64,000 bases of DNA from Rhina ancylostomus. Its lineage: Eukaryota. Shown piece by piece: positions 38,371-50,520 of this stretch; within the stretch, counting starts at the first letter, position 1; each line of letters begins with the position of its first letter. Under the pieces are notes generated by a model, which was not told the origin of the DNA, searched no databases, and worked only from the letters and a program-made list of their open reading frames with translations. A program made the position numbers and the translations under genes. The DNA lies in contig JARFYF010000012.1 in the NCBI GenBank assembly GCA_030265395.1, positions 38,408,393 to 38,472,392 of the forward strand, written 5' to 3'.

Positions 38371-41300
38371 GTAAGTGTGACCTCCTTTTATGACATCTTC
38401 CAAGAATTCATGACATCTGAAATGAGTAAAAAAATTTATTTCATAACATCAGATGGATGCTCTGACTGGGAAAGGTCAGGTGATGCATTATATTATTTAT
38501 TTAAAGGATCTTTTGTACCAGGAGCAGACTATTATCAGCAAGCAGGCTGTTGCAGTGAATGTAGCTTGATGACCTTGTAAACTGGTTTGCATTCAATAAC
38601 AGTCTNNNNNNNNNNNNNNNNNNNNNNNNNNNNNNNNNNNNNNNNNNNNNNNNNNNNNNNNNNNNNNNNNNNNNNNNNNNNNNNNNNNNNNNNNNNNNNN
38701 NNNNNTTGCTTCTGGTCATCAGCTGGCATTTCCACACACAGTTTCTGTTGAAATGCTCTAATTTAGAGCCACTTGAAAGCCATGTGCAGAGAAGAACGAG
38801 GTTTCTCCTGGCATTGTTTATTCAATAAAGTGGAAAAAATTTTGCTACCCTCCACAAAAGGGAATGTGTAGTGTAACACGAATGGAATTATCCCCTGTGT
38901 TTAGTTCATCACCAGGGATACGAACCCCTTCAGTGAAGGAGTTGAAATCTGTAGTGGCCATTGCTGGGGTCCATTCTCGCACATTGAAAATGTGTTTATT
39001 GCTCATTAAGACTTTGTTAAAGCCAGTCGTGAGAAGTATGTGCAGAATTATATAGCTCAACAAACTCAAAATATTCAGCCTGGTCATCCCAGTAAGCAAA
39101 GAGGCAGCCTGTGTCCCTATGACCATTGCTGGGTTTCTTAGAGGAAAGGGTAACTTGGAAGTTCAAAGGCCCTTCAGTACCACCCCAGTGGCACCTGGGA
39201 CTTCACACGGCATCATATGTTCCAAACAGATCCCTATCAAACTGCAAACAACCAACCAGTACCCTCACTTTCTGTAACGTGTGCACCTGCAAGACCATTA
39301 CTGGAGGTCACGGAGTATGCAGGAACTGCCATTTGTCAAGAATAAAGTCCTGCCATGCTTTGTGCCCAGTTACACATGTTGAGTCTGAGTAACAGCAGAC
39401 AATGGCTGTGTGGGTGCAAGGGATTGTGTGACTGCTTTTATGCATTCACTTCCCTGTGTAACAGCTCTGTAGCACATCTAAATCAAGTGGGCTCTTGATT
39501 ATTCATTGTATGCGCATCTTTGTTGCTGTTGTGTCCCATCACGTACAATTTCCTGATTGTAGAGTAGATGGTCAGCTGCGTTATCAGTTCTTTGAACTCC
39601 AAAGGGCTTCTTTCTGAGGTAAGTCTTTCTGTAAAATGATACCAGGTTACTGTACTACTCCATTGTTGATTCTTAAGGAAGGCCATCAATGTCATCTGTT
39701 TACAGGAAGTCATTGATCCTAACCTGGAAGGCCTCTTGCTCTCAAGGGCTGGCCATGGTCTTGCATTGTGGATCCTCAAACAAGATGGTCAGAATGTGTC
39801 CAGCATTGTGATGCCTACTGCAGGTCGTCACTGGTGTTGTCCCTTTAGAGGACTTGGTTCAGACTACCAGTCTCAGACACCAAGTGAGAGATTGCAATGC
39901 ACTCCTTCCTGCTTGACTGTTACCCTTGCTGTCAAGCTGAAGAAGTTGACTTGCTCATGTCGCTCTAATTCAATGAAGTTGTACCCAAGTCTGTGTCCTT
40001 GAAGTGAATAAATAGGTTTTTTTTCTATTTGGAGTGTTGAGAGGGATAGAAGCTAGATCTAAGTGGATTGCCAAATGAGCTGATAGGTTGAATTGCTTGC
40101 TCCTAGATACACGCCATCTTTACTGCTCCTGTACTATTGCCCCGGCACTCTGACTNNNNNNNNNNNNNNNNNNNNNNNNNNNNNNNNNNNNNNNNNNNNN
40201 NNNNNNNNNNNNNNNNNNTGGTTGGGTTGTCACTATGCGCTCCAACTGTTATGGTTCCGTTGAAAGACACCACATTCCCTTTGCCTTAAGAACCATTAAG
40301 TGAATCATTGGTCTGGTCGTCTGCACTACTCCTCTTCACCCGGACATTTGATTCACTTGGCCTTGGGACCTGAGGGTACTTGTCTCCAAATGAATGTTTT
40401 GACACACTGCCTGTGCACAATCCCATTTGGGCTTCTCCACATAACATATTGTCACAAGCTTTGAGTAACCATAGAGCATAATCCATTCTAAAACTCATGG
40501 ACTCTCTGAATTTTCACCTTCCAAATTCATTCCACCATTGAAGTCCTGTCTGTCCCTACATGTGCAAATAAGAATTGGAAGGTAAAACTAGAGTTTGCTT
40601 GATGGTGACTATGAATAGCAGCCAGGAGAAAACAGCCCTAAACAGGAGTAATATAAAAAAATTCTCATTTGAGATTTGAATGTCACTGGAAGACTCGTGT
40701 GTTGTCCATCCTTTGTAATGAATCGCCTGCTTGGTCATTTCAGCAGACAACTGAGACTCAACGGGCTAGTGTAGCCTTGAATCAGATTTTAGGCCAGATT
40801 GGGTGAGGATGGCTGTCTTTATGCCATGTAGGACATTAATTAGATTTTCCAATTTTATAAAACTGAATTCAAATTCTCAATTCTGGCATTGTGGGGTTTG
40901 GACTTTTATTTGGATCACTAGTTCAGTAACATAACCATCACACACTTGTATCTATAACTAAGTCTTGTGCATACCTTTCACCACGCTGTCTCCATATGAG
41001 TGGAACTTGTTTCAGTTTGCTGTGTAAGTAGATTGATAACTCCAGCTGAGTAATTGGCAACGAAAATTACTTCAGTGCAAATGGGTGTTTTGAGATCACC
41101 CCTAATTTCCCCTTTTAAAAAGAATTAAGGATGTAAAGTGCAATTTGTTTTATCTTTGATCTGTGGAGCCTCTCAATGGTATTACCAGAGAAACTCATAC
41201 TACTTAGAGCTTGCTGTGAGTCTCCTCAGGGTACTCATCAACAAAACGAGAGCATTCATATCTTGTTCTACTGCAGGCTGTACTGAAGCTCTTACGTGAT

Positions 41301-41649
41301 GGGATTCAAGTGAGACTTAAGATCATGATAAGTCCAATAAAAACCATCTAAATGTAACTAATGTCTTTAGAGTTGCCTGATGTTCTCCAAAATTATACAT
41401 GCATCCCCTTTTTTATTTAACAGCTAGTAATACAATTGATAATGCAAGTGCTTTGTAATAGTAGAGCCTGCTGAAGGCTTTAAATGATTATCTGTAGATA
41501 TCTCTATTTGTCCTTTTTATGCCTTGGTGCTTGTTGACTTTCTGGGGATGCAGAGAGTGTCATTTGCCTCCCGTCAGAATCCCCATTAATTCATCAAAAG
41601 CTCACACTTACTCCTCTTGCTTCTCTTTCTGATGATCCCCTGGATGATT

Positions 41650-42400
41650 CGCAGATTTGAGTTTTGCTTTATTAGTAGCACTGAGAGCCCAGGTCAAAGT
41701 TACCAGCAATCTGCCCTGCAATATGAAACTTCATCACGTTACCCTATTTTGTTCTCAGCTTGCCCGTAAGCTTCAATGTACTTGGTTATGCCATTGTTCC
41801 TGTGCCTCATCACCTTGTCTACCATGGTCCACTTCCTGTATCCAGACCAATTTCTCCCCACGTTGCCAGTACATTAAGCTCAGTGGTCCTCCGCTCTACT
41901 CTCTGGTCAGCCAGCCTCTGGATCACCTGAAGATCTCACTTCCTATTCCCCAATTACATATTATTGCTTTGTACGGCTTTCAGTTAGATACTGATGCCAT
42001 GCAGCAATCCTGTTCTCACTCCCACTTGTTCTCTTTTTCTCTTTCACTTTCTGTTCTCTCTTCCTCCTGTTCCTGTATTAGCATTGAACAGGTTGTGGAT
42101 GAATCTAGGTTTTTTTTCCTAAGTGTATATAAAGAACACTGCAGGCACCCCTTTTATCCTCACTGCAAGCCCTATCCCTGACCATTCGTTGTTGCCTGAC
42201 CAGATCAAAGGAGAAGAGATTCTGCATTCTGTTCATCCCTGAGTTGAGCTGCAGACGCTCTATTCCATTACAAAATCTGCTTGCACCTACCCAGGCAACA
42301 TCCTGCAGCCCTCCACAACCAGTAATCATTACCTCCAGATATGATGTCGCCATCTTCTTTCTCCCTGTTCTCCAAGCTTTATTCTGTTGTATTCATCCAA
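41650..42400 (+). mobile_element. Highly decayed L2-like LINE fragment
   Basis: Pyrimidine-rich, with remnants such as tcagttagatactg, tgttctctcttcctc and gatgtcgccatctt. The 174-aa ORF has no coherent protein identity. Confidence 0.35.
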
Positions 42401-43699
42401 AGTGCCTGTGTCAATAGTTTTTTGAGCACTGGGTACTGCTAACCCATTGTAGTACAGTAGACTATCCCTAGCTAAATCAGGTTTGAACATTTTGTTCTTG
42501 TTTGCAAATTCACCATGGCCTGCAAGCAGCTACCCAAATTCTCAGCTCTTTGTGGAACTACTTCCTCAACCTAATCTGGACTTTTCGGTCTTGAATCCAA
42601 CAGGGGAGATTTGATTGACCTACACTTGGTTGAATAGGAAAAGCAGGGTTCTTCACCTTATGGCTTGAAATAGCAGAGCTGTCTTTAACAGCTCTGTCTT
42701 TGCTCTCTGATCACTTACAAAAATGAAAGGTAGCCACGAATTGGGTTATCACCAGGCATGGATGTACTGCAATTATTTTTAAAGCCAAACCCAATATTAT
42801 TTGACTCTTAGTTTAACAGAGCTGTTGAAGAGTATAGCTGTCGANNNNNNNNNNNNNNNNNNNNNNNNNNNNNNNNNNNNNNNNNNNNNNNNNNNNNNNN
42901 NNNNNNNNNNNNNNNNNNNNNNNNNNNNNNNNNNNNNNNNNNNNGTCGAAGAATGTTTTTGGTTCAGGCAGAGAGATTTGTCATAGGATTGAAACTACAA
43001 TCTCCCCTATTTTTGTTTTGTGACAATGGGGTGACCTGAGTATTTCATTACCAGCTGACCACCTGGTTTATCTGGTAGTTAACTTTTTTTAGTGTCTGGT
43101 ACTTGTATTTATGTGTATCTTGCTTGATGCCTTTTACTTTTGACTTTGATAAGAGACACTATTACTGGCTATAATCCATTATGATAGGAATGAGTACATT
43201 CATAGTTGTAGAGTTGGACTGATAATACAGCTCCTTGTACCTTCTGCAGTGGGCACTAGGAAACATTAACAAAGTACCTATACCCTTGATTTTGAACACT
43301 AGATCTTCCAGCAATACACATGGGGAGAGTAAGTTGTAGTTGAGTAGGTGATTTATTTGTTGCCAAGAGATATTGTCTTCTGGCACCTCTTGAAGTCCAT
43401 ATCTGATTTTATTTTTAATTGGGTTGGGGACTAGATGGAGGTATCCCACCATGAAATAACTAGTGCACTGGTTAACAAAGCAAGGGCAGGGGGTCTTGTA
43501 ATGTGTGGCAATCTGATGAGGAGTAGAGGACCATCGCAACAAAGCAGAAGATCCACCTTGCTGCAAGATGCGGTGAACAAACTGTGCTGAGTCACTACAC
43601 CGTGGTGAATGTGTAAAATCTTTCACCCTGGTAATATGGTTTGGATAAGGTGGTTCTGAGTCATGCATCAGCCATGAAACAAATCTGGATCTTGCTGAT

Positions 43700-44070
43700 A
43701 TTCGTCAGTTGGAGTCAAACTGCAGAGACTTGGGCACTTCACCCAGGATGATACAACTGCAGTACTGAGGGGTGATTGTACTGTTAGAAGTGCTGTTATT
43801 TGATTGAGACATTAAATTTATTTTCCACATGAAGTTACCTGGTAATGCTGCTTGAAAGGCAGGGAGTTCTCCCAGTACATAGGCCAATATTTATTTCCCA
43901 ACCAACATCACTGAAACAGGTGATCTGATCTCATTACAGTTTGTAGGAGTTTGCTGAATGCAAGTTGGCTGCCTTTTCTCGTGCAGTTATAATGGCAGCT
44001 ACATTTCATATGGACTCCAAAATGGTTTGGAATGTCTCAAGATTGTGATGGATGCTTATAGGAATCCTGA
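43700..44070 (+). mobile_element. DeuSINE/SacSINE-like element
   Basis: gagacttgggcac...tgcagtactgagggg...gagacattaaa...ggcagggagttctccc...ggccaatatttatttcccaaccaacatcactgaaacag...gcaagttggctgcc. Confidence 0.75.
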
Positions 44071-44299
44071 ATTTACCTGAAACACTTGGGTGCACATTGT
44101 GTATCCCTATGTTGATGGCCAAGTTAGAATCGTGAGCTTTGGTGATCCAATACCATTCATTAAATAACCAGAGAAACCAGTTTCTAAGTAAGGCACATTT
44201 TCCTCTAAATTTGATCTCATCCTCTTTGTATGCTACAGTTTGTGCTGCAATAACACTAATGACAATTGGGATAGCCTGAAAAACTTGAGGCAATGGTCA

Positions 44300-44960
44300 A
44301 AAAGTGCACAGACATGTGGTACAACAAGACCTGCATGCTGCGGGCCAGCAGTTGAATGCACACTCACAGCTGCTACATAATTGCCTTGGCCACTACAGGG
44401 AAGTTGAGTTGGAGCTCAAAGAGCTCTGGTCATGGCACCCACAGTTCAGCAGCAGCAAAAGCAGCCGTGATGGTGAGGGAAGACAGAGGACCTTCTGTGT
44501 CAGTATCAACCCTGCACTGAACTGGCCGTGAGTGGCCCCGAGCCACTGCAGGGTCCAGGCTGATTAAGGGGCCCCTGACAACAACGTGCAGGCAGGAACA
44601 TCTAAACATAGAGGCTGTGATCAGTGAAGGGAATGTTACTCTGACCATTGCAAACTGAGGCGGGCAGATGCTGGGTGCAAGATGCCACTGTCACAGTGCA
44701 AACCTGTTGCTGTCTCATTTGCAGTCCCTCTGCAATGGTGCCCCTGTATTGTGCTGTAGGCTGTCACACAGAAGCACTAGTTTCTGCAGGCAGTGGGGGA
44801 AATGTATAGCATGTGGCCCGTGATGTCATTGAGTGCCTGGCTGATGGCAGACAAATGCCAGCTGTGCACAAAGTGCCCAGCCCAGTTTCCTGATGGGTAT
44901 GATCTCTCCTGGAAGTGATCGGTAGCACAATCTACCATGGGCAAAACTGCTTCTATGCAT
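44300..44960 (+). mobile_element. Possible highly decayed PIF/Harbinger transposase remnant
   Basis: GC-richer island. Plus-strand SLSAWLMADKCQLCTKCPAQFPDGYD loosely follows HARBI1-type SLNVQLVCD...CARFPGS.HD, preceded by VQDA (VQGAID-like). Weak, by eye only. Confidence 0.35.
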
Positions 44961-45151
44961 GATGAACACATTAAAAATGTGTACAGATGGGTATAGTTTC
45001 TCATCTGTTCTTATAATTAATATCTCATTATTTAAGTATTATTTACAAAAAAAAGTCATTGGCTAATAGTAACAATATTAACTCTTAAAAAATACAATCA
45101 GTTCCTACTTCTTCTTTCTACTATCCTTAAACTTATTGTTCTTTTTAACAG

Positions 45152-45204
45152 TTAACCTTTGGACTATGTTTCAAGCAGCCCAAAATCTAGGAGGATACGA
45201 AGCG
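45152..45204 (+). CDS. ARID5B: ARID5B 53-bp coding exon, ARID domain core
   Basis: ctttttaacag acceptor and gtaagt donor. Encodes (I)NLWTMFQAAQNLGGYEA, in phase with the previous exon (A+TT=Ile). Too short for the ORF track. Confidence 0.96.
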
Positions 45205-45884
45205 GTAAGTCCAGTATTGCTTCACTAAAGATTATGCTCTGTAACTTTGCTTCTTTCGGTCTTGTCATTCACCAGTTTATATAAATAAACAGTGGCTATG
45301 ACAAATTCTTAGCATGGCTGCAATCATTCTGAGTATGTTTTAAAAGATCCTTTTTTTTTGCACAGAGGCTATAGATTAGATCCAGATTTAGAATGGAGCA
45401 GATTTATTGTAAAAAGCTATAAGTGGAAAACACATGTAACAGCTCCTCTGTCAAGGAAAGAAGTGAGCTCTGTAATTTTTTCCCATGTTGCCTCTCAAAG
45501 GGGACAATTATAAAGCCAAGCCAAGACTGTAGAAAGGAATTTTTACTTGGCTGCTTACTTGGCATCTGTTCATTTGTAATATGGGAAAGTATTAATGGCT
45601 GAAAAGTGAGTCAGTAATGGTTGTTAAAGAATTGTAAAGACCATTTGTCAGTTGTTTTTTTTGACAAGCTAATATGGAATATTAAAAACCATCAGTACAC
45701 TGAGCAATGACGTCCACATCCTTTGCTTGTCTGGTCAGTCAGTAGGAGATTATTACAGTCTGTATATAGAGTGATTAACATTTTTTTAGACCAACTGTTG
45801 AAGTACTAATATTTCAGCTATTTGTGCAGGAAAAAAGTTGCCGATTAAAAATGACTTAAATACACTAATCTTGGGTGTTGATCA

Positions 45885-46040
45885 CGGGTTAGTCAGTGGA
45901 GCTCTCGCAACTGAGTTCAAAGAGAGTGGATTCGAGTCCCACTCCAGAAATACAAGCAGAAAATTTAGAATGGCATTTTAGTGTGGTGCTGTTCGCTGTT
46001 GTATGTCAGATGAGATGTTAAACCAAGTCCTCTTTTATAG
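45885..46040 (+). mobile_element. DeuSINE/SacSINE-like 5' fragment
   Basis: B-box-like ggattcgagtcccactccaga...cagatgagatgttaaaccaag. Confidence 0.6.
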
Positions 46041-48654
46041 GATTTAAAAGCGTAACAAGTTCAAGAAGTGGTGCATTTCAGGTGTTTGAAATGAATAGAT
46101 ATCGTACATAGGGATAAGTAATTTCTTCTGTTGGAGAAGAGGGTTCAGATTGTAAATGTATAATAAAATTAGGCCCTTAAGGGGTGAAGGCAAAAAGTAC
46201 TTTGCATAAAGGGTAGAGGAACTCAGGAACCCTTTGTCCCCCTTCCAAATCCAGGGGTCAGATGAAAATTTCATAATAGAGATCGATAAGTTTTCATTGG
46301 GTTCATGGGTAAATGAAGATTTTATAAAAACATTCCACCCAGTTTGCGGCACTATGTAGTGCCCAGATTGGGTGTCATTTGCCAGCGTTAAAAGTTACTG
46401 CCCTCAAAGTTGGTGAATAATTACGCTGGTGATGTGATTCAACAGAAATGCAAATTCTACTTTTACAGTAATGTCCCCAGATATTGAACAGTTCTGAGTG
46501 AATTATAATGTTATGATTCTAATGATAGATATCTAGTAAAGCTATTTTAGTATCGTTGGAATAGGGGAACTAACATTTATGATAACTGAAAGACCAGTTT
46601 TATTTCGGGTGAGGCAAATGTCTTGCAAAAGGGAAATTTTCATAAAAGATCATGAGATGTGATATCAGCAAAGTACAAATGCCAGATACTGCTTACATCA
46701 GATGTAGGAGGTTATAAATTTCCATTGTGTTATCTTTGGGCATGTTACAATAATGCTTTCACTTGCCACTGTTTTTCTTTCTCCATTCCGCTCTATCTGT
46801 GTCGCTCCCTCTCTTGTTCACTTTCTGCTCCCTCTGCTTCTCCCACCCACTCTTTCTCACTTAGCTCCATTTCTCGTGCTCTGATATTCACTCTCTTTCT
46901 TTCTCTCCCCTTCACTCTCTCTGCCCCTTTCTCCTCACTTAACAGAATATTAATCTGATAGTGAATGGGCTGCCACAATCTAAGTAATTTCAGCTCCGGG
47001 CACAGATATGAAATGTTTAGCCACGGCACTGTACACAAAGAAGATTATGTTTGCTTTGTGCTCAGCGTCAAGAATTTATAATGTGTGTATTCATACAGCT
47101 TGATAACCACCAGTTTGTTAACAAAGCATAAAAGCCCACTTCATAATAGAAAGTTATAAATATTATTTACTGAAAGTAGAAAATGTAATTGCTAGCGAAT
47201 GGATGCAAGAAGCAGCATTGTTTCTGAAAACAAACTCTTTTGTTTGTTTTAATAATAACAGTACCCCCGTTGCCTAGGTTTTCCATTACAGCCTTTAGTA
47301 ATGAAATTCCATTGACGATTGCACTGCGCAAAAGCCCATTTTCTCTACATGATACACTGTTCTCATACAGGGCTTTTATGCAAATCATGCTACAGCGGAG
47401 CTGTGTTTCCTTTTTGCGAGGCCCTTCTGAATATGTGACTCAAGAACAATAGTTATGTCTTGTAAAAATTGAATAAGCATTGTGAAATATGACTGCATAT
47501 CAAGGAGATGCAAATTGAAACATAAAAGGAGTGCCTTGTAACAGAATCCTGGCACTGAACAGAAAATCAATATATTCTTGTGCATCCTTTTAGTCACCCT
47601 TGCATTACCAAGGCTTGCACATGATTCACACCGCGTTCAAACCCGGATTTACTACTGGTGCAGAGCATTTATAGCCTTGCACCAATGCTGAATGGGTGTT
47701 AATATTTTGAAGTGAAGCAAATTGAACCCTCCCTCCACTGCAGAGAGTTGAAATGATTTTTCTGGTGACGATTATGGCGGGCTCTGACACCAGATTTGGG
47801 CTGTGGCTAAAACCATTTTTCACATAGACACCAATGTCGTTTAAGAGTAAATGAAAGCATTTATCACCTTCACTGATTGGCTGAACTGGAAATTCTTGTA
47901 ATCCTAACGCACAACGGACCTTCAATATTAACCATGCCCAAATCAGTGAAAAATTCAGCAAACGCTATAATGGCTGTGAAAGTGCAGCATCACCCAGTTC
48001 ACAGTCCAAATTGAGAACTTCAACCAGTTGCTCCTTTAGAAAGAAACTTCTGTGTCCTTTTAAAAATTTCCATTTCCAGTCAAACTGATACAAGTCAGGC
48101 ATTCTCTCAAATGATGCATGGCTGAAAGGATTCCGTTAGTTCTTCCATCCATAAGAATAATGTTTAATGTCACGTGGAGCAGATTTATACACATTGATTT
48201 GCACCAGCTATCAAGTGCCCAGGGGATGAGTTACTGACTTGTTGCCACAGGTGGAGGGAATCAATGGATTACAGTGATAGATGGGTAACTGAGTTGCTCA
48301 TGTCTACCCTCTAGTGGCCATTCATAGAGGGAGCATCATTGGACCCGGCTGAGAATCATATTGCCTTTAACACTGGGATGGTGCGTGAAGCAGAACTAGG
48401 ACCAGAGGAGTAAAATAGATTTTGGGGAAAAAAATCAAGGGTTAGAAAGAAAATGTTCCTTTGGAATAATGGCAGACTTAAAATTTTTGTGTTTGTGAAA
48501 CTCCATCTCTCTTCCTTGTTTCCAGAATTTTTGGATTGTCTTGGTATCTTTCTGAGCTGTATAGGAACACTGCCTGCTGAGGAGCAGGAAATGGCTTGGG
48601 TTGGGGCGAGGAGGATCTAGCTACATCTATAATATCCAGCAGGACATTATTACT

Positions 48655-48875
48655 GATAAGATAGATATAGATATTTATTAGTCACATGTACATCGAAACA
48701 CAGTGAAATGCATCTTCTTGCATTACTGAGAATGTGCTGGGGGCAGCCGGCAAGTGTCACCACTCTTCCAGCACCAACATAGCATGCCCGCAGCTCCTAA
48801 CCCGTACGTCTTTGGAATGTGGGAGGAAACTGGAGCACCCGGAGGAAACCCACACAGACATGGGGAGAACGTACA
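48655..48875 (-). mobile_element. V-SINE, same family as 315-610 (5' end in gap)
   Basis: Reverse complement matches 400-610: ttgtacgttctcccc...gggtgctccagtttcctcccacattccaaagacgtacg...tcgatgtacatgtgactaataaa. Confidence 0.9.
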
Positions 48876-49354
48876 ANNNNNNNNNNNNNNNNNNNNNNNN
48901 NNNNNNNNNNNNNNNNNNNNNNNNNNNNNNNNNNNNNNNNNNNNNNNNNNNNNNNNNNNNNNNNNNNNNNNNNNNNNNNNNNNNNNNNNNNNNNNNNNNN
49001 NNNNNNNNNNNNNNNNNNNNNNNNNNNNNNNNNNNNNNNNNNNNNNNNNNNNNNNNNNNNNNNNNNNNNNNNNNNNNNNNNNNNNNNNNNNNNNNNNNNN
49101 NNNNNNNNNNNNNNNNNNNNNNNNNNNNNNNNNNNNNNNNNNNNNNNNNNNNNNNNNNNNNNNNNNNNNNNNNNNNNNNNNNNNNNNNNNNNNNNNNNNN
49201 NNNNNNNNNNNNNNNNNNNNNNNNNNNNNNNNNNNNNNNNNNNNNNNNNNNNNNNNNNNNNNNNNNNNNNNNNNNNNNNNNNNNNNNNNNNNNNNNNNNN
49301 NNNNNNNNNNNNNNNNNNNNNNNNNNNNNNNNNNNNNNNNNNNNNNNNNNNNNN

Positions 49355-49423
49355 CTACGACGAATTAGGAGGTAACCCTGGAAGCACCAGTGCAGCAACG
49401 TGTACTCGCAGACATTACGAGAG
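49355..49423 (+). CDS. ARID5B: ARID5B coding exon, visible 3' part (5' part and acceptor in N gap; expected start about 49326)
   Basis: Encodes YDELGGNPGSTSAATCTRRHYE(R), the invariant ARID5 motif, followed by AG|gtaaga donor (phase 2). Confidence 0.95.
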
Positions 49424-49744
49424 GTAAGAGTCTGTCTGTCTGTCTGGGATGAAAATGCACACATTCACAGACCTTTTTGTTCAGCTCCTTTTGCACCAGG
49501 GTCACTGGACTTTACAGACTCTTGAGCACCAGATCTGAAAGGAATTCCATTTTGTAACCTTCATGGTGAAGCTTGCTTCGATCATGAAATCACTGGTTGA
49601 AAATTTCACACTAGCAGCTGGAATTGTCTCGATTATAGAAATTGCTCAACTCTTTTATTGTCATTGGATTCAATGGAACTAAATATGGGATGGTTGATTT
49701 ACCCAGATATCTGAACTGCAGGGTCCTTCAGTCCCACTTTATAT

Positions 49745-50520
49745 ATCAGTATCTGACCCACAGGCCTACTAATCCCAGGGAATTAATTTTCAACACTAAT
49801 CTTGACCAATCAATCCTTAGTGCTAGTTACTTTGGGCAATTAGCCTGCAGCTCTAGTTAATTCCCGGTGATTGATCTGCAGCATGAGTTATATTTGGTCA
49901 ACTAATCTGGAGGACTGGTTTCATCAGTGGGAGAGTCGCAAACAAGGATGCATAGCTACAAAATAAGGGGCCGGTCATTTAAAACTGATGTCTTCTCTCG
50001 TAGGGTAGTGACTCTCAGGACCACTGTACCATCGAGGGTGGTGGAGATGGATAAATATTTGAAAGATAGAGGGCTATGGGGAACTGGCACAGAAGAGCAG
50101 TTGAGGACAGCAGAGATCAGCCATGATCATGTTGAATGATGAGGGAGGTTTGAGGGCCCTGGTGGCCCACTCAGGTTCCTACTTCTTGTTAATTCGAGAT
50201 GATTAATTCAGACCCCTACATAGTGCCAGACTAGTTAATCCCAGGCAATTGATCCACAGTAGTGGTTAATTCCAGGCACTGTTATCCACAGCACTGGTTA
50301 ATACTGTGAATGAACTGTAGGACTGGATGATAGCAAACCACTGATCCATTGTTAGTTAATCCCATTGACTGATCTGTAGAGCTGGTTAATGATGTGTAAT
50401 GCTGGTTAATCCCGGATGAGCAATTCACAGCACTGGTCCTGAGTGTCGATCTACACCACTAGTTAATCACAGGTGTTTGATCTGTGGCCCTGGTTAAAAC
50501 ACAGTATTGTTAATCCTGAT
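49745..50520. repeat. Degenerate ~31-bp minisatellite (consensus about ctggttaatcccaggcactgatccacagca), split by a CR1 fragment
   Basis: More than a dozen recurrences of (ct/ta)ggttaatccc...gatc(c/t)(a/g)cag on both sides of 49925-50190. Confidence 0.8.
49925..50190 (+). mobile_element. CR1 3' end
   Basis: gtgggagagtcgcaaacaaggatgcatagctacaaaataaggggccggtcatttaaaactga closely matches 30056-30120. Confidence 0.85.

Noticed and set aside
38148-38393. ARID5A assignment
   Set aside because: Flanking exons (NLKGRPRKKK; KPRKQENSSQE) and the very large introns fit ARID5B better.
43162-43668. 168-aa minus-strand ORF
   Set aside because: No recognisable domain or splice structure, and antisense within an intron; probably chance or decayed repeat.
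48734-49464. 200+ aa ORFs on both strands
   Set aside because: They are open only because of N runs; only 49355-49423 is coding.
49745-50520. CRISPR-like reading of the periodic repeat
   Set aside because: No invariant repeat with unique spacers, no cas genes, vertebrate intron context; it is a degenerate minisatellite.
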